NCBI GenBank assembly: GCA_951406725.2
Contig: OX597839.1
Location: 40,796,001 to 40,860,000, forward strand
Direction: 5' to 3'
Length of the DNA: 64,000 bases
Source of the DNA: Octopus vulgaris
Lineage: Eukaryota
This document shows positions 1 through 14,509 of the stretch, piece after piece. The notes beneath the pieces were generated by a model that saw only the letters and a list, made by a program, of their open reading frames with translations, did no database searches and was not told where the DNA came from. The translations under genes were made by a program, and so were the position numbers. Position 1 is the first letter of the stretch, and every line of letters begins with the position of its first letter.

Positions 1-35
1 ACATATACCACGTACATCCATCAATGCATTCAAAC

Positions 36-76
<41 letters not shown>

Positions 77-79
77 TGC

Positions 80-123
<44 letters not shown>

Positions 124-959
124 GCTTGATTGTGTATATATATGTGTTAATGTATATATATATGTGTTAATGTATATATATATGCATAAGTATGTTTATA
201 TGAGTGTGTATATTTGTGTGCATATATATATATACATATATATGTGCGTGTGTTTCTGTATGTATGTGTGTGTATACATGTATATGTGTGAAAGAAAGAA
301 AGAAAGAAAGGAAAAAAAAAAGAAAAAAAAGACTTTATTCCTATACTTGGTGACATGGTCGACTTAGCTGAAACCGTGCACACAGACACACACACACACA
401 CACACACAAACACCAAACAAAAAGAACTCCCACACACAACATACTCTTACATACACAAACACGCAAACACACACACACACACACAGCGATACCTACTCAC
501 ACCCACACACAGATGCGCATGCACATTAAAAGTTTACGTAAGAGAACGTTTATTATCATCTCACCACCCGAACCTACCCTTACTCCTAACCCGCAAGCAA
601 ACCTTTCCTCCATCTTTCGCCGTTCACAACCCACAGGACACTTTACACAATAACATTACAATATTTAGGCGGAGTTTTTATTGTCCATTCAGGCCTTAAT
701 CCAGTCACAAACAACTTGTTTTGCTTTCAAAAGACTTGACTTAACGCTCTGTGGCTTCCATTATTGCGTCAAACCGCTTGTTCCGTCTTCCTGCTCGCCT
801 TCCTGTCTCTCTGCCTGCCTGCCTGCCTGCCTGTCTCTGCTTCTCTGTCTTTCTGTGTGTCTGTCTGTCTGTCTGTCTCCCTTCGTATATGTCTCTATGT
901 ACTTCCGGCATTCTGTTTATATCGATTAGTTTGGGGTTTTTTTATACTTTTATTTTTGT

Positions 960-1450
960 CTTTTTATCTTTTACTTGTTTCAGTCATTGAACTGCGGTCC
1001 ATGCTGGGGCACTGCCTCGTAGATTTTTAGTTGAAGAAATCGACTCCTAAACTTCTGTTATTATTTGTTTGTTTGTTTGTTTGTTTGTTTTTTAAGTGTG
1101 GTATTTATTCTATCGTAACTTTTGCCGAACTGCTCACTTACGGGGACGTAAATAAACCAATACCTATTTCTTTATTACCCACAAGGGGCTAAACATAGAG
1201 GGGACAAACAAGGACAGACATAGGTATTAAGTCGATTACATCGACCCCAGTGCATAACTGGTACTTAATTTATCGACCCCGAAAGGATGAAAGGCAAAGT
1301 CAACCTCGGCGGAATTTGAACTCAGAACGTTGCGACAGACGAAATACCGCTAAGCATTTCGCATGGCGCGCTAACGTTTCTGCCAGCTCGCCGCCTTAAA
1401 TAAACCAATACCGGTTATCAAGGTAGGAACAAGCTTAAACACAAAGACAC
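960..1450 (-). mobile_element. SINE family B 3' half, interrupted by family A copy
   Basis: TTTTACTTGTTTCAGTCATT...ACTTACGGGGACGTAAATAAACCA matches the reverse complement of 7400-7570. Confidence 0.7.
1165..1396 (-). mobile_element. SINE family A (Meta-domain-like), with 16-bp TSD, nested in a family B SINE
   Basis: TSD TAAATAAACCAATACC at 1149-1164 and 1397-1412. A/B-box-like head GGCGGCGAGCTGGCAGAA...GAGTTCAAATTC. Central GCCTTTCATCCTTTCGGGGTCGATAAATTAAGTACCAG. Confidence 0.85.
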
Positions 1451-1559
1451 GTGCAATTATGTGTGTGTGTGCGTGCACGCTCGTGTATATACATATGCAT
1501 ACACACGCATATGTATATTATGTATCAATACCAAAAGAGCCTAAATTCATGACTCGGGA

Positions 1560-1986
1560 TCCTGTCCACTTAACCAACGGTGTATGACTAAATCTATTTC
1601 ATATGAGGCAGAAGTAACTGCAACCCTAGATAATAATACAACTGATAAGAAGACCTATACTGGATTATGTGAAGGTGATTTAAAAAAATCGCTATGCCAA
1701 TCATATAACCTCCTTCCGACATAAGGACAAAAAGCAAAGCTACTAAGTTGGCTAGCTACGTATGGAGTTTGAAGGTAACGTAACAACACATGTGATTAAG
1801 TGGAAATAATTGACAAATCCATACCTTATGTTAATAGATTGAAGTAAGCCTTGTTTAACTAAAAGAGCGCAGATCATGATTGTTCTTAACTCTCTACCGA
1901 ATTCTAGCCCTGAAATTTTCAGCAGTAGCAAGCATATGTATAAATATATTCTGAATAACTGGAAAACTCCGCCTATTCCTGATTAA
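1560..1986 (+). pseudogene. Penelope-like retroelement GIY-YIG endonuclease / C-terminal fragment (frameshifted)
   Basis: Manual translation across frameshifts gives SCPLNQRCMTKSISYEAEVT...KTYTGLCEGDLK / RYANHITSFRHK / ATKLASYVWSLK / IKWK.IDKSIPY / CLTKR / NSSPEIFSSSKHMYKYILNNWK. This matches the PLE CPLxxxC...YxG...RYxNHxxSF...LSxYIW...KWKI...NxRxE..SxCRH pattern, recognised by eye. Confidence 0.75.
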
Positions 1987-2362
1987 CTTGTTGATATCTT
2001 TCCATCCTTTCCAGCCTTATAATTTAAGGTCTAAGGAGGAGAATCCTTTTACCCTTTTTTTTACTTTTTACTACACACCCATACTTGCACCTACCTCCTT
2101 GTCGCTTCAATCCATTTTGGTCTTCTTTCTATCACTCTATCTTCCTTTCTCTCTACTCTCAGTCTCCTTATTTCTCTCGTTCTACCTTTTCTTCTCTTTC
2201 TTTTTTTCATTTCTTCCCTCTTTCCTTCCCGCTTGGTTTTGTTTTTCCTTATTTTTCTCTTACATTTTCATTTCATGCGAGTCTCCTTCGCTTTTACACG
2301 TATACACATATGCACACGTACAAACACACACGCATGCAGGCATGCAAGCATGCACACACTCA

Positions 2363-2838
2363 CGCACACACATACACAGGCACACACATACACACGCACA
2401 CACATACACACGCACACACATACACAGGCACACACATACACACGCACACACATACACACGCACACACATACACACGCACACACATACACACGCACACACA
2501 TACACAGGCACGCACATACACAGGCACACACATACACAGGCACACACATACACAGGCACACACATACACAGGCACGTACATACACAGGCACACACATACA
2601 CAGGCACACAGATACATACGCACACACACACACAGGCGCACACATACACACGCACACACATACACACGCACACACATACACAGGCACACACATACACAGG
2701 CACACACATACACACGCACACACATACACAGGCACACACATACACACGCACACACATACACACGAACACACATACACACGCACACACATACACACGCACA
2801 CACATACACAGGCACACACATACACAGGCACACACGCA
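2363..2838. repeat. 16-bp minisatellite GCACACACATACACA(C/G)
   Basis: About 29 consecutive units read directly. Confidence 0.9.
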
Positions 2839-3286
2839 CAAACTTAATCTCTTTCTCCCCCTCTCTTTTTCTCCCTCTCTATTTCTTTTTCCCTCACTTC
2901 TTCTACCTTCTCTTTCTCTCTCTCTCTCTCTATTTCCTTCTCTTTTTCATTTCTAGCATCTCCTTCACTTTTAAAAAGAAGCATTCACAAAACACACACA
3001 TTCAATCTCTCTTTCACACACTCAAACATACAAACATATTCTCTCACTACATCTCTCTCTCTCTCCCTCTTTATTCTTCTTCCTGCCTTTCTCTCTCTAT
3101 ACCTCTCTATATTTTCCCCCTCCCATCTCCCGCCGATCACCCTCTTTCTTTGTCTCTCTCTCTCTCACACATTTTCTCTCTTTCTCTCTCTCCCTCATCC
3201 TCTCTTTCTCTCTCTCCCTCTTCCTCTCTTTCTCTTCTCTCTCTCTCTCTCTCTCGCTCACATACACACACATTCTACGGTTCTCG

Positions 3287-3970
<684 letters not shown>

Positions 3971-4949
3971 TTACTGTTGTTGCTTAACGGTCCATTACGA
4001 TTTTGCTGCTCTCTGAGTTTGAAAGCAACGATTGTTATTTTACTCATCTAAGGTTTTGTGATTGCACCTCTTTTGTTGTGCATTTTTATTGTGAAAGAAG
4101 TGACCATGAGCAACGACGAAGAGTGGACACTTCATTTTGGCCCTCTTTTATAAAAGATTCCCAAAACCCATTTCGTACGATATTTGTACAATACAAATTG
4201 TTTCAAAATATCCTATTTGCAAAATGGCGTCGTGTGATTGAAGAAGCGAAGAGTTGAGAGTCAGAGGAAAACAGATAATGAAGGAAGGAAGGAAGGAAGA
4301 ATAGGGTGGGGGAATTTCCTTCATTGTTACAAATAAAAGATTCTCTCTTTTACTTCAATGAGTTGGTGGTCGTGGTGGCAGTGGAGGTGCAGACTACGGA
4401 GTGTGAGTACAGAAACTGTGCTGCGATCGTCACGGCTGACGATGATAACAGGAATAACCCGCAACAACAACAATAACAATAATAACGACGATGGCATAAG
4501 TTTATGCAACAACAGAAGCAGTAGCAATATCGCTTTAACTGCAGCACCTCTGCCACCGTGACCATCACCTTAAAAAATAATCTCAAATGTGTGCTAACGT
4601 AACGGCATCAACGACTCCTAGAACAAAAGTGTTTTCCACCATCAGCGCTTTTTGTCCTCACAGCCGCAACCATCATAAACACAGTATATCATTCGCCAAA
4701 ACCTCACATTTGAAGTTGGTACGAGACGCCTGGATACAGCTGTTTCGGCGCCGCTGATTCAACGCTGAATTATTTGACATCCGACCTTTTAATGTTCCTC
4801 TCGTTTTAATATTCTCTCTCTCTCTCACTCTTTTTATTCTGTCTGTCCCTTTCTTTCTCTCTCCACCTCTGTTTACCCTGTCTCTTTATTTCTCCCCTCC
4901 TGTTTATTCTGCCTTACTCTTTTTCTCTCTTGTTTGTGTGTGAGCGTAT

Positions 4950-4978
4950 GTTAGTATTATTATTATTATTATTATTAT

Positions 4979-5059
<81 letters not shown>

Positions 5060-5165
5060 CAGTAGTAGTAGTAGTAGTAGTAGTAATAGTAGTAGTAGTA
5101 GTAGTAGTTGTTGTTGTTGTTGTATTAGTAGTAGTTAGTAGTAGTTGTAGTAGAAGTTATTATTA

Positions 5166-5196
<31 letters not shown>

Positions 5197-5240
5197 AATT
5201 ATCATTATTATTATTATTATTATCATCATCATCATCATCA

Positions 5241-5277
<37 letters not shown>

Positions 5278-5378
5278 TATTATAATTATCATTATTATTA
5301 TTATCATTATTATTATCATTATTATTATTATTATTATCATCATCATCATCGTCATTATTATTATTACTATTATTATTA
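4950..5378. repeat. Compound (TTA)/(GTA)/(TCA) microsatellite
   Basis: Read directly. Confidence 0.95.
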
Positions 5379-5594
5379 GGGCAGCGAGATGGCAGAATCG
5401 TTACCACGCCGGACAAAATTGCTTCGCAGTATTTCGTCTATCCTTACGTTCTGAGTTCAAATTCTGCCGAGATCAGCTTTGCTTTTCATCCTTTCGGGAT
5501 CGATAAAATAAGTACCAGCTGAACACTGGGGTCGATGTAACCGACTTAAACCCCTCCCCCAAAAGTGCTGCCCATGTGGCAAAACTTGAAACCA

Positions 5595-5595
<1 letters not shown>
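5379..5595 (+). mobile_element. SINE family A
   Basis: GGCAGCGAGATGGCAGAATCG...GTTCAAATTCTGCCGAG...TTTCATCCTTTCGGGATCGATAAAATAAGTACCAG, with a (TTA)n tail. Confidence 0.8.
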
Positions 5596-5658
<63 letters not shown>

Positions 5659-5907
5659 CAGCAATTGTGATGTTAGTGGTGGTCACAGCAGTTTATGTTT
5701 TTCATTAATATTCTAAATGTGTTTCCCATCACACTCGAACGCACTTAAACCAATTCAACTCAGTTCAGGCGACCAATAAACCAATCAAGCAAACATTACG
5801 TCATTCACAGCAAATGGCGCGCACCCGCACGGCTTACAGCAAACACACACACACTCAAATATACAAGACGTATTTATACATACATAATATTTATATATGT
5901 ATGCATG

Positions 5908-5945
<38 letters not shown>

Positions 5946-6173
5946 TAGAGAGATATATATATACGGGGGTGTGTGATTGTGTATAGAAGAATATATTGAT
6001 AAAAGGAATTGCAACCTTGTCTGATTTTCACGTTTTATTTACAATCTTATAATGATATAAGATAATATAATATAATAAAATAAAATAAAATAAAATAATA
6101 GAATGCATTAAATGTCTCACATTCTATATATGAACTATATATATATATCATGCATTAAATATATGCATGGATA

Positions 6174-6266
<93 letters not shown>

Positions 6267-6380
6267 GGACACACGCATGTCTAAGTACAAATCCATTATT
6301 GCTTGAAATTGAAATGTTAATGTTAGTATATAGCTTTAGGTACGTAATATATATACAGAGTGAGAGAGAGAGAGAAAGAC

Positions 6381-6456
<76 letters not shown>

Positions 6457-6524
6457 TAGATAGATAGATTTACATGCATTTGTGTATGATTGTGCGTGTG
6501 TGTGTGTTGAGGTATGAATGTATA

Positions 6525-6580
<56 letters not shown>

Positions 6581-6722
6581 TATACATGTGTGTGTGGGAG
6601 TGTATGCGCGCATGTCTGTGTCTGTGCATCTGAGTAATTTTTGTGTTTTATTAAAGCCGTAAAAAATTCAGATATCGTTTCTCAGAATCTCACGTAACCG
6701 GCATCAGACTGTTGAGTATACG

Positions 6723-6794
<72 letters not shown>

Positions 6795-7169
6795 GTGTGT
6801 GTGTGTGTGTGAATGTCTAGTACTTGACTATCAAGTAAAAGATACAAGGCGGAAAAAAACCGTAGAAAAAATATATTTATTTAGAAATTTAATGATTGCT
6901 GAGGAATTCATGTGTTTTTCTTCTTCGGTTTTGTGATCTTGTCAGACTAATGCGTATATCTGTCCGTCTGTGCATGCGCATATGTGTGTGTGTGTGTTTG
7001 TGCATGCGTGCGTGTTTGTATGTGTCTGTGCGTTATCAGTCGTCCATAGATCAGAAATAAACACACATTGAAATTGGCAATATAAATATTATACATTAGT
7101 AATAAAAAATATATATAACGATAAATATATGAACCACCAAGCAATGTGATATAAATATGCATATATATA

Positions 7170-7576
7170 GGCGCAGGAGTGGCTGTGTGGTAAGTAGCTT
7201 GCTAACCAACCACATGGTTCCGGGTTCAGTCCCACTGCGTGGCATCTTGGGCAAGTGTCTTCTGCTATAGCCCCGGGCCGACCAATGCCTTGTGAGTGGA
7301 TTTGGTAGACGGAAACTGAAAGAAGCCTGTCGTATATATGTATATATATATATATGTGTGTGTGTTTTCTGTGTCTGTGTTTTCCCCCTAGCATTGCTTG
7401 ACAACCGATGCTGGTGTGTTTACGTCCCCGTCACTTAGCGGTTCGGCAATAGAGACCGATAGAATAAGTACTGGGCTTACAAAGAATAAGTCCCGGAGTC
7501 GATTTGCTCGACTAAAGGAGGTGCTCCAGCATGGCCACAGTCAAATGACTGAAACAAGTAAAAGAGTAAGAGTAAA
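7170..7576 (+). mobile_element. SINE family B, full length (tRNA head, CORE-like segment, internal microsatellite)
   Basis: A-box TGGCTGTGTGGT, B-box GGTTCAGTCCC, CORE-like GCATCTTGGGCAAGTGTCTT, internal (TA)(TG), tail GAAACAAGTAAAAGAGTAA. Several copies occur in this window. Confidence 0.85.
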
Positions 7577-7644
7577 AAAGTATATTTATCACTAAGCAAT
7601 GTATTACTCTTCAGGATATTACCATGACCCTCGCGTCGAATATT

Positions 7645-8250
7645 GCCGCTGGGAGAACCGTTAGTATTCCCGGCAAAATGTTTTACGTTCTCAGTTCAAA
7701 TTCTGCCGGGACCGACTTTGCCTTTTATCCTTTCGGGGTCAATAAACTAAGTACCAGTTGAACTCTGGGGTCGATGTAATCGACTGACCCTTCCACCGAC
7801 ATTTCTGACCTTGTGCCAAAATTTGAATCTGTTATCATTATTATCATTAAGGCGGTGAGCTGACAGGTAAAAATACTGGCATTTTGTCCGTCTTTACGTT
7901 CTGAGTTCAAACTCCGTCGGGACCGACTTTGTCTTTTATCATTTCGGGGTCAATAAAATAAGTACCAGTTGAACTCTGGGGTCGATGTAATCGACTGACC
8001 CCTTCCACCGACATTTCTGACCTTGTGCCAAAATTTGAATCTGTTATCATTATTATCATTAAGGCGGTGAGCTGACAGGTAAAAATACTGGCATTTTGTC
8101 CGTCTTTACGTTCTGAGTTCAAACTCCGTCGGGACCGACTTTGTCTTTTATCATTTCGGGGTCAATGAAATAAGTACCAGTTGAACTCTGGGTTCGATGT
8201 AATCGATTGACCCCCTTCCTCCGAAATTTATGGCCTTGTGCCAAAATTTT
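7645..8250 (+). mobile_element. Tandem triplication of SINE family A (period about 212 bp)
   Basis: TTTACGTTCT(C/G)AGTTCAAA recurs at about 7682, 7893 and 8105, with near-identical intervening sequence. Confidence 0.85.
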
Positions 8251-8739
8251 GTGCAAGTATTATTGACTGGGTCGATTTCATCAAGTAAACAGTTTACCCA
8301 AAATATGTGTGATTTTGTTCCAATTTTGAAAATCGATATTAGTAAATCGTAATTGTTTGCAATAAATACATTAATTAACGTTTAAAGATTAATTGCAGTA
8401 CATTAGGAAGTGTATCGTGTAGGAAAAAAATATATAAATTTTTTTTGAAGTACTCAAGGGACATAAGTGATGTCAGCTTTAAATTAATAGCTTTTAATAA
8501 CAGTTAAGGAGAAAAAACAGTGTAAGTCGTTTATTTATTGTCATTTTTTTGTTTTTTACTCTTTATTTTTAAATATATTTGTTTTAATATTTAAAGAGAG
8601 ACATACATTTTATCACAGAATGGAAATTAAAGCACGCACATAAACCGTACGGATGTGGTGAATGTGCTTTGTGTGTTCACAGGTACCTCAAAAGTAAATA
8701 GACATCATTCATTTATACCGTTTTTCTTTTTATTTATGC

Positions 8740-8830
8740 CAGTGGTTCTCAACTAAGGGTCAATATGTCCCTTAGTGGTGGTGGTGGTGGGGAGAGGGGA
8801 ATTCAAAAGATTTTGGCGGGGTCCACGCAT
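8740..8830 (+). mobile_element. Possible hAT (Charlie-type) terminal fragment
   Basis: Begins CAGTGGTTCTCAAC. No partner terminal inverted repeat (TIR) seen. Confidence 0.3.
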
Positions 8831-9337
8831 GCAAAACAATAAAATGAGGGCCAAAATATTAGATTAAATATTTAGATACGACTTTCTACGAACTTTTGGG
8901 ACAACCTTATATTTAGATACGTCAAATGACGTTTTTTGTTGTTTTTTTTGCTTCTAGTAAAAAAATCATGAAAATATTTCTTTTTAAATCATTAAATGAC
9001 TGCGTCTATTTACTTTTGAGGTGCCTATGTATAATAATTGTGAGCGTTTCACACTTCTCTCTGGGACATTCTCCAGCATTAAACTTCATCAAATATAATC
9101 TATATTGTATTATATTATGTTATATCATTTAAACCGGTCATTAGCATTTGACCGTTCTTTAATTTACGGTCAGCTTTGTTATAAGATAAGAATTTTTTAT
9201 CATTTAATTCTTTGAGCCAGAGTGCCGTCGAACAAGTCTACCCCAGTATTTATAGAAACCAATAAAAATAGTATTTCAAGAATATTTTTATGATATTCTT
9301 TTACTTTTTTGTTCTTTATTTTCTTCTTTATTATGCA

Positions 9338-9736
9338 CTAGCAGTATCGCCCGGCGTTGCTCGGGTTTGTAAGGGAAATAACTATATAAGCATTTTTAGA
9401 TAGTTATAGCCAAAAAATAGCAAAAAAAATGCATTAAAAATGGAAAAAAAATTATGGTAATTTTTTTTTTAAATCGTTGACTCATCGTAGACATTTTTAG
9501 AGAGTTACTTCCCTTATATAATAGAGAAAAAATGCATTAAAATGGAAAAAAATGATGGTAAATTATTTTTAAAATCGTAGACTCATCGTAGACGCGCGCT
9601 AATACCCAGAAGGGCTCGATATGAATCACGACTATAAGATACCCGGTTTGGGTTAAACTGCACTGCAAAATGTGGGAGTAGTTAGGAATCTAAATCGTAG
9701 GAGACAGACACACAACTTGACTTTTATATATAAAGA
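9338..9736 (-). mobile_element. Non-autonomous Helitron
   Basis: The minus strand starts A|TC (TCTTTATATATAAAAG) and ends CTAG|T, with a subterminal hairpin CCCGAGCAACGCCGGG about 12 nt before the end. No target-site duplication (TSD). Internal duplication of about 100 bp (9390-9595). Confidence 0.8.
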
Positions 9737-10312
9737 TATTCCATGTTTGATATTTATTCTATAGGGGATGGAGGGCAAACAAAAACGCAAAGACACCTTC
9801 GAAACACGCAATGAGTCGAAATAGGGGCAGCTGAAGAAGGGGAATGTTCCTTGTGTTGTATGTCTTGTACTCTGTTTTTTTTGTTGTTAAAAAAAGTCCG
9901 TTTCCTTGGTTTTGTTTTTATGTTTTCGTTTCTCGTTGTGTTCTACGTTTTTTTTTTTTTTTTTGTAGTGTCCTGTACCCATATATGCATGTGAAAGCGG
10001 ACACTGTGTTCTTTTGTCACCATACTGTATATATATATAGTAACTTTCTACCTGGGATGTATTAATTTAATTTCACTGTTTGATTTCTGCAACGATCTTT
10101 ACAAAAATGAAAAAAATGTTGTTTCTTTGCATTTATTCAAAGAAGATAACCATTTCTTTTAATGGGTTTGTATCGATAGCAAAATTTGTTGGGGATAGTG
10201 TTCATTATATGAGAGAATGAATAGTCTTCTCTGCTAACGTGTTTGTATTCGATGGTATGAATAGATGTACGTTTGTATATACGTATGTATGTTTAGATAT
10301 CCACAAGTTTGA

Positions 10313-10400
<88 letters not shown>

Positions 10401-10411
10401 ATATATATATG

Positions 10412-10446
<35 letters not shown>

Positions 10447-10471
10447 GTATATACATATATATATATAAATG

Positions 10472-10571
<100 letters not shown>

Positions 10572-10576
10572 GTGTG

Positions 10577-10616
<40 letters not shown>

Positions 10617-10873
10617 CATGTATGAGTAATGTTTGCATAAATGTAAGTATAAATATAAGTATGTATATTATATCTATATATCTGTATATCTCTTTTATCA
10701 ATCGACTTGCCTATATATACGCTTATATATGTGTGTGTGTGTTCGTGAGTGCGTGTGTTTAAATATGTGTGTGCCTATTTATGTGTGTATGTATGTATGT
10801 GTAAATATATGTGTATAAACACATGTGTACATGTAAAAGCAAAAACACATATATCTCCATACATATAGAAGTA

Positions 10874-10926
<53 letters not shown>

Positions 10927-10949
10927 ACGCACACACACACGCACATATG

Positions 10950-11374
<425 letters not shown>

Positions 11375-11595
11375 CAAATTTTTACATTGTTTACGATCAT
11401 TATTATCGATGTTGTTTGTTCTGTTTGTTGTTGTTGTTGCTACTGTCTTTGATTTCTTTTGATTTCGTTAACATTTCCGATGCTGTAAGTGTTGTTGTTC
11501 CTATTGCATCAGCTTTTTAAATTTTACCAGGGCATTCAGTATGCACTTGAGTTTGTCTATATGCATATATATATATATATATATACATATATGTA

Positions 11596-11689
<94 letters not shown>

Positions 11690-11851
11690 TATATATATAT
11701 ATATAATATATATATGTATATATATATACATTTATATATTTGTGTATGTGTGTGTATGTGAGTGTATGCGTGTTTGTGCATACGTGTGTATAAACGTTTG
11801 TGGACGTGTATGAGCATAGACACAATGCATGTGTTTAAATGTTTCTGCATC

Positions 11852-11883
<32 letters not shown>

Positions 11884-11884
11884 G

Positions 11885-11930
<46 letters not shown>

Positions 11931-12495
11931 AGCATCTGTATGTTCATATGTCGGTATTTTATATGTGCTTGTTTGTGCATGCGTATGTATAAATGTGTCT
12001 CTAACATTTTTTTGTAATTTTTGTAAACAGATAATCAAGTTAATGTACTGAAAGCAAATACACTGTAATCACCTGTAAAATATTAGAAACAGTTCAATAT
12101 CAATTATTTCACCTGTAATTTAGGTATTACAGGTGTTAGCATTTATCTATAGAATCAAGTCTTAATGGCGAACTGTGCAGAAAAATGGAGTCTATATGTC
12201 ACGAAATTACAAATATAGCGAAAATGGAAAACATAATTGAACAAATTTTGTAAGAAATAAAATGATGATAACATATTAAAATGATTCGTTTTGTATTTTA
12301 GCTTGCATGATCTTTGATGTGAACTCGTAGAGCTACTTAAGCATAAATATTAACTAAACAACAGACAGATTTGAAACGGAGTTTCAAGTGAGAGAGGAGA
12401 GGGGAGATCAATGATGAGTTCTGGAATGGCGGAGAAAAGATGGTTTTTTTTGACAAATGACAGAATAATTCTCTTTTACTTTAGGTACAAGGTCC

Positions 12496-12615
12496 GATCA
12501 TCATCATCATCATTGTTCGACCGTGGTCGAGACAATGGAATGTACCATGCTACGCCAGACTTCACGGTCCATCATAGCATTACAGAGGTCCTGTTGTTGG
12601 ATGCCTGTATCCAGG
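12496..12615 (-). mobile_element. RTE-clade LINE 3' end
   Basis: Minus strand reads DTGIQQQDLCNAMMDREVWRSMV...* followed by a (TGA)n tail. Confidence 0.55.
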
Positions 12616-12629
12616 TCTGAAATTTTAGG

Positions 12630-12830
12630 TGAGGCGGGGGGCCAGTCGATTAGGTCGACCCCTGTGTATGATTGATCTCGGAACGTAAAGTCAGACGAAA
12701 ATGACAGAATGATTGCTTAAGCTATCGATTCAGCAAAATGAACTTACGACCACTGTTCTTATGCCCAACGATGTGTTCGTGAGCAAAACGAAGAGGATGA
12801 AAGGCATAGTCGACCTCGGCAGAATTTTGA
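12630..12830 (-). mobile_element. Degenerate/rearranged SINE family A pieces
   Basis: GTCGATTAGGTCGACCCC and GGATGAAAGGCATAGTCGACCTCGGCAGAATTT segments. Confidence 0.6.
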
Positions 12831-12832
12831 TC

Positions 12833-13119
12833 TCGCAGGATATCTTGCAGGATATCTCAGCAGCACTCTTAAACCTATCCTTCAGTGACATCCTCACCAT
12901 AATACGATCCTGTCTTGGTGAAGTTTTATGAGGTCTTCCGATTTGGGATTTAGCATCCGTCGATCTTGATGACTTAAAACGAGTTACAATTCGCTGTACA
13001 TCACTTCTAGAACTTCCTGCAATAGTTGCTATCACAGAATTTGACTTGCCCTCTAGGTGAAGGTACACAATCTTTTGCTTTTCATCACAGGACACCGGTC
13101 GTCTCTCACAAGCCGTCAT
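12833..13119 (-). pseudogene. Tc1/mariner transposase N-terminal (paired-like HTH) fragment
   Basis: MTACERRPVSCDEKQKIVYLHLEGKSNSVIATIAGSSRSDVQRIVTRFKSSRSTDAKSQIGRPHKTSPRQDRIMVRMSLKDRFKSAAEI shows the HTH and GRPxKT linker typical of Tc1. It is truncated by SINE sequence before the DDE domain. Confidence 0.8.
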
Positions 13120-13766
13120 GTTGACAGTTGAATGTTCCAATCATGTAAGACCATAGGAAGTAAACTGTTAGTCCATTCTAAACAACAAATACCTCGGTTA
13201 GTTTTATATTGTACGTTGCTTGCAGGACACTTGACTGAATAAAAATCTCAGTTTACCATATACCTATGAGTTTTTCCATCAAATAAATCAAGTAATTAGT
13301 CAGTCAGTTGATTAATTAACTATCTGTAACTCGTCAGTAAGGTCGCTGGAAAATGCATGAATATAAAACTACAATACGTACCGGAAACACAAAGTATACA
13401 CATGCGCACTTAGTATAAAGATGGAACTAAATGCGCACGTGTATATATATTTCAAAAGGATGTATTATAATACTATTCAACATCCATACCAACAATCCAT
13501 CATCAGCTGCCCCACGGATATCCTACAAGCAACGGGCAATGTAAGAAAATCTCTTTCTGGTTTGGGTTTTGACTGCTGTTTCTAACATGCAAGGAATCCA
13601 CATAGTGCTCTCTTCTTCTTACACACTATTATACTATAAAAATATTTATCTTCTGACTTATATTACGCATGCTAACCACTTAATTCTTAATCTTAATTTT
13701 TACCGTGCATTTATACAGTTATATATGTGTATATGTATATATATATATATGTGTGTGAGTGTGTGT

Positions 13767-13802
<36 letters not shown>

Positions 13803-13832
13803 TTGTACACATATATATATACATTGCATGCA

Positions 13833-13864
<32 letters not shown>

Positions 13865-13910
13865 CATGCATGCATATATACATACGTACATGCATGCATA
13901 TATACATACA

Positions 13911-13964
<54 letters not shown>

Positions 13965-14118
13965 ATTGATCTAGTATTGTTTAAAACGTTGTGAGAAAAC
14001 AATTCAATATGGAGCTCACTGTAAGATGGCGTGTGATTAGGACTTAAAATGCAGAATTAGGTTAAACCAGAATTTAGAAGTTAGAAATGTGTTTAACACA
14101 CACACACACACACACACA

Positions 14119-14152
<34 letters not shown>

Positions 14153-14509
14153 TACACACACACAGCATTCATATACACTCGGTTATACACACTCACATAC
14201 ATACTTACGCATACACATAGTGAGACATACACGTACTCACACATGCAGATACTCTCTTCTCCTTTTGCTCCTTTTTGTATCCTTCTTCCTCCTTTCCTTC
14301 TTCTTCCTCTTCTTTTTCTTCTTCTTCCTTCCTTCCTTTCCATTTCTCTTTCTTCTTTTTCTTCTCACACATACACACACAGCATTCATATACATTCGGT
14401 CATACACACTCACACAACTACATACTAACACACATATACATACTCATATACATTCACACATTCCTACACATGACATTGATATCTGCAAGCAAAATTAGCA
14501 AAGCACATC

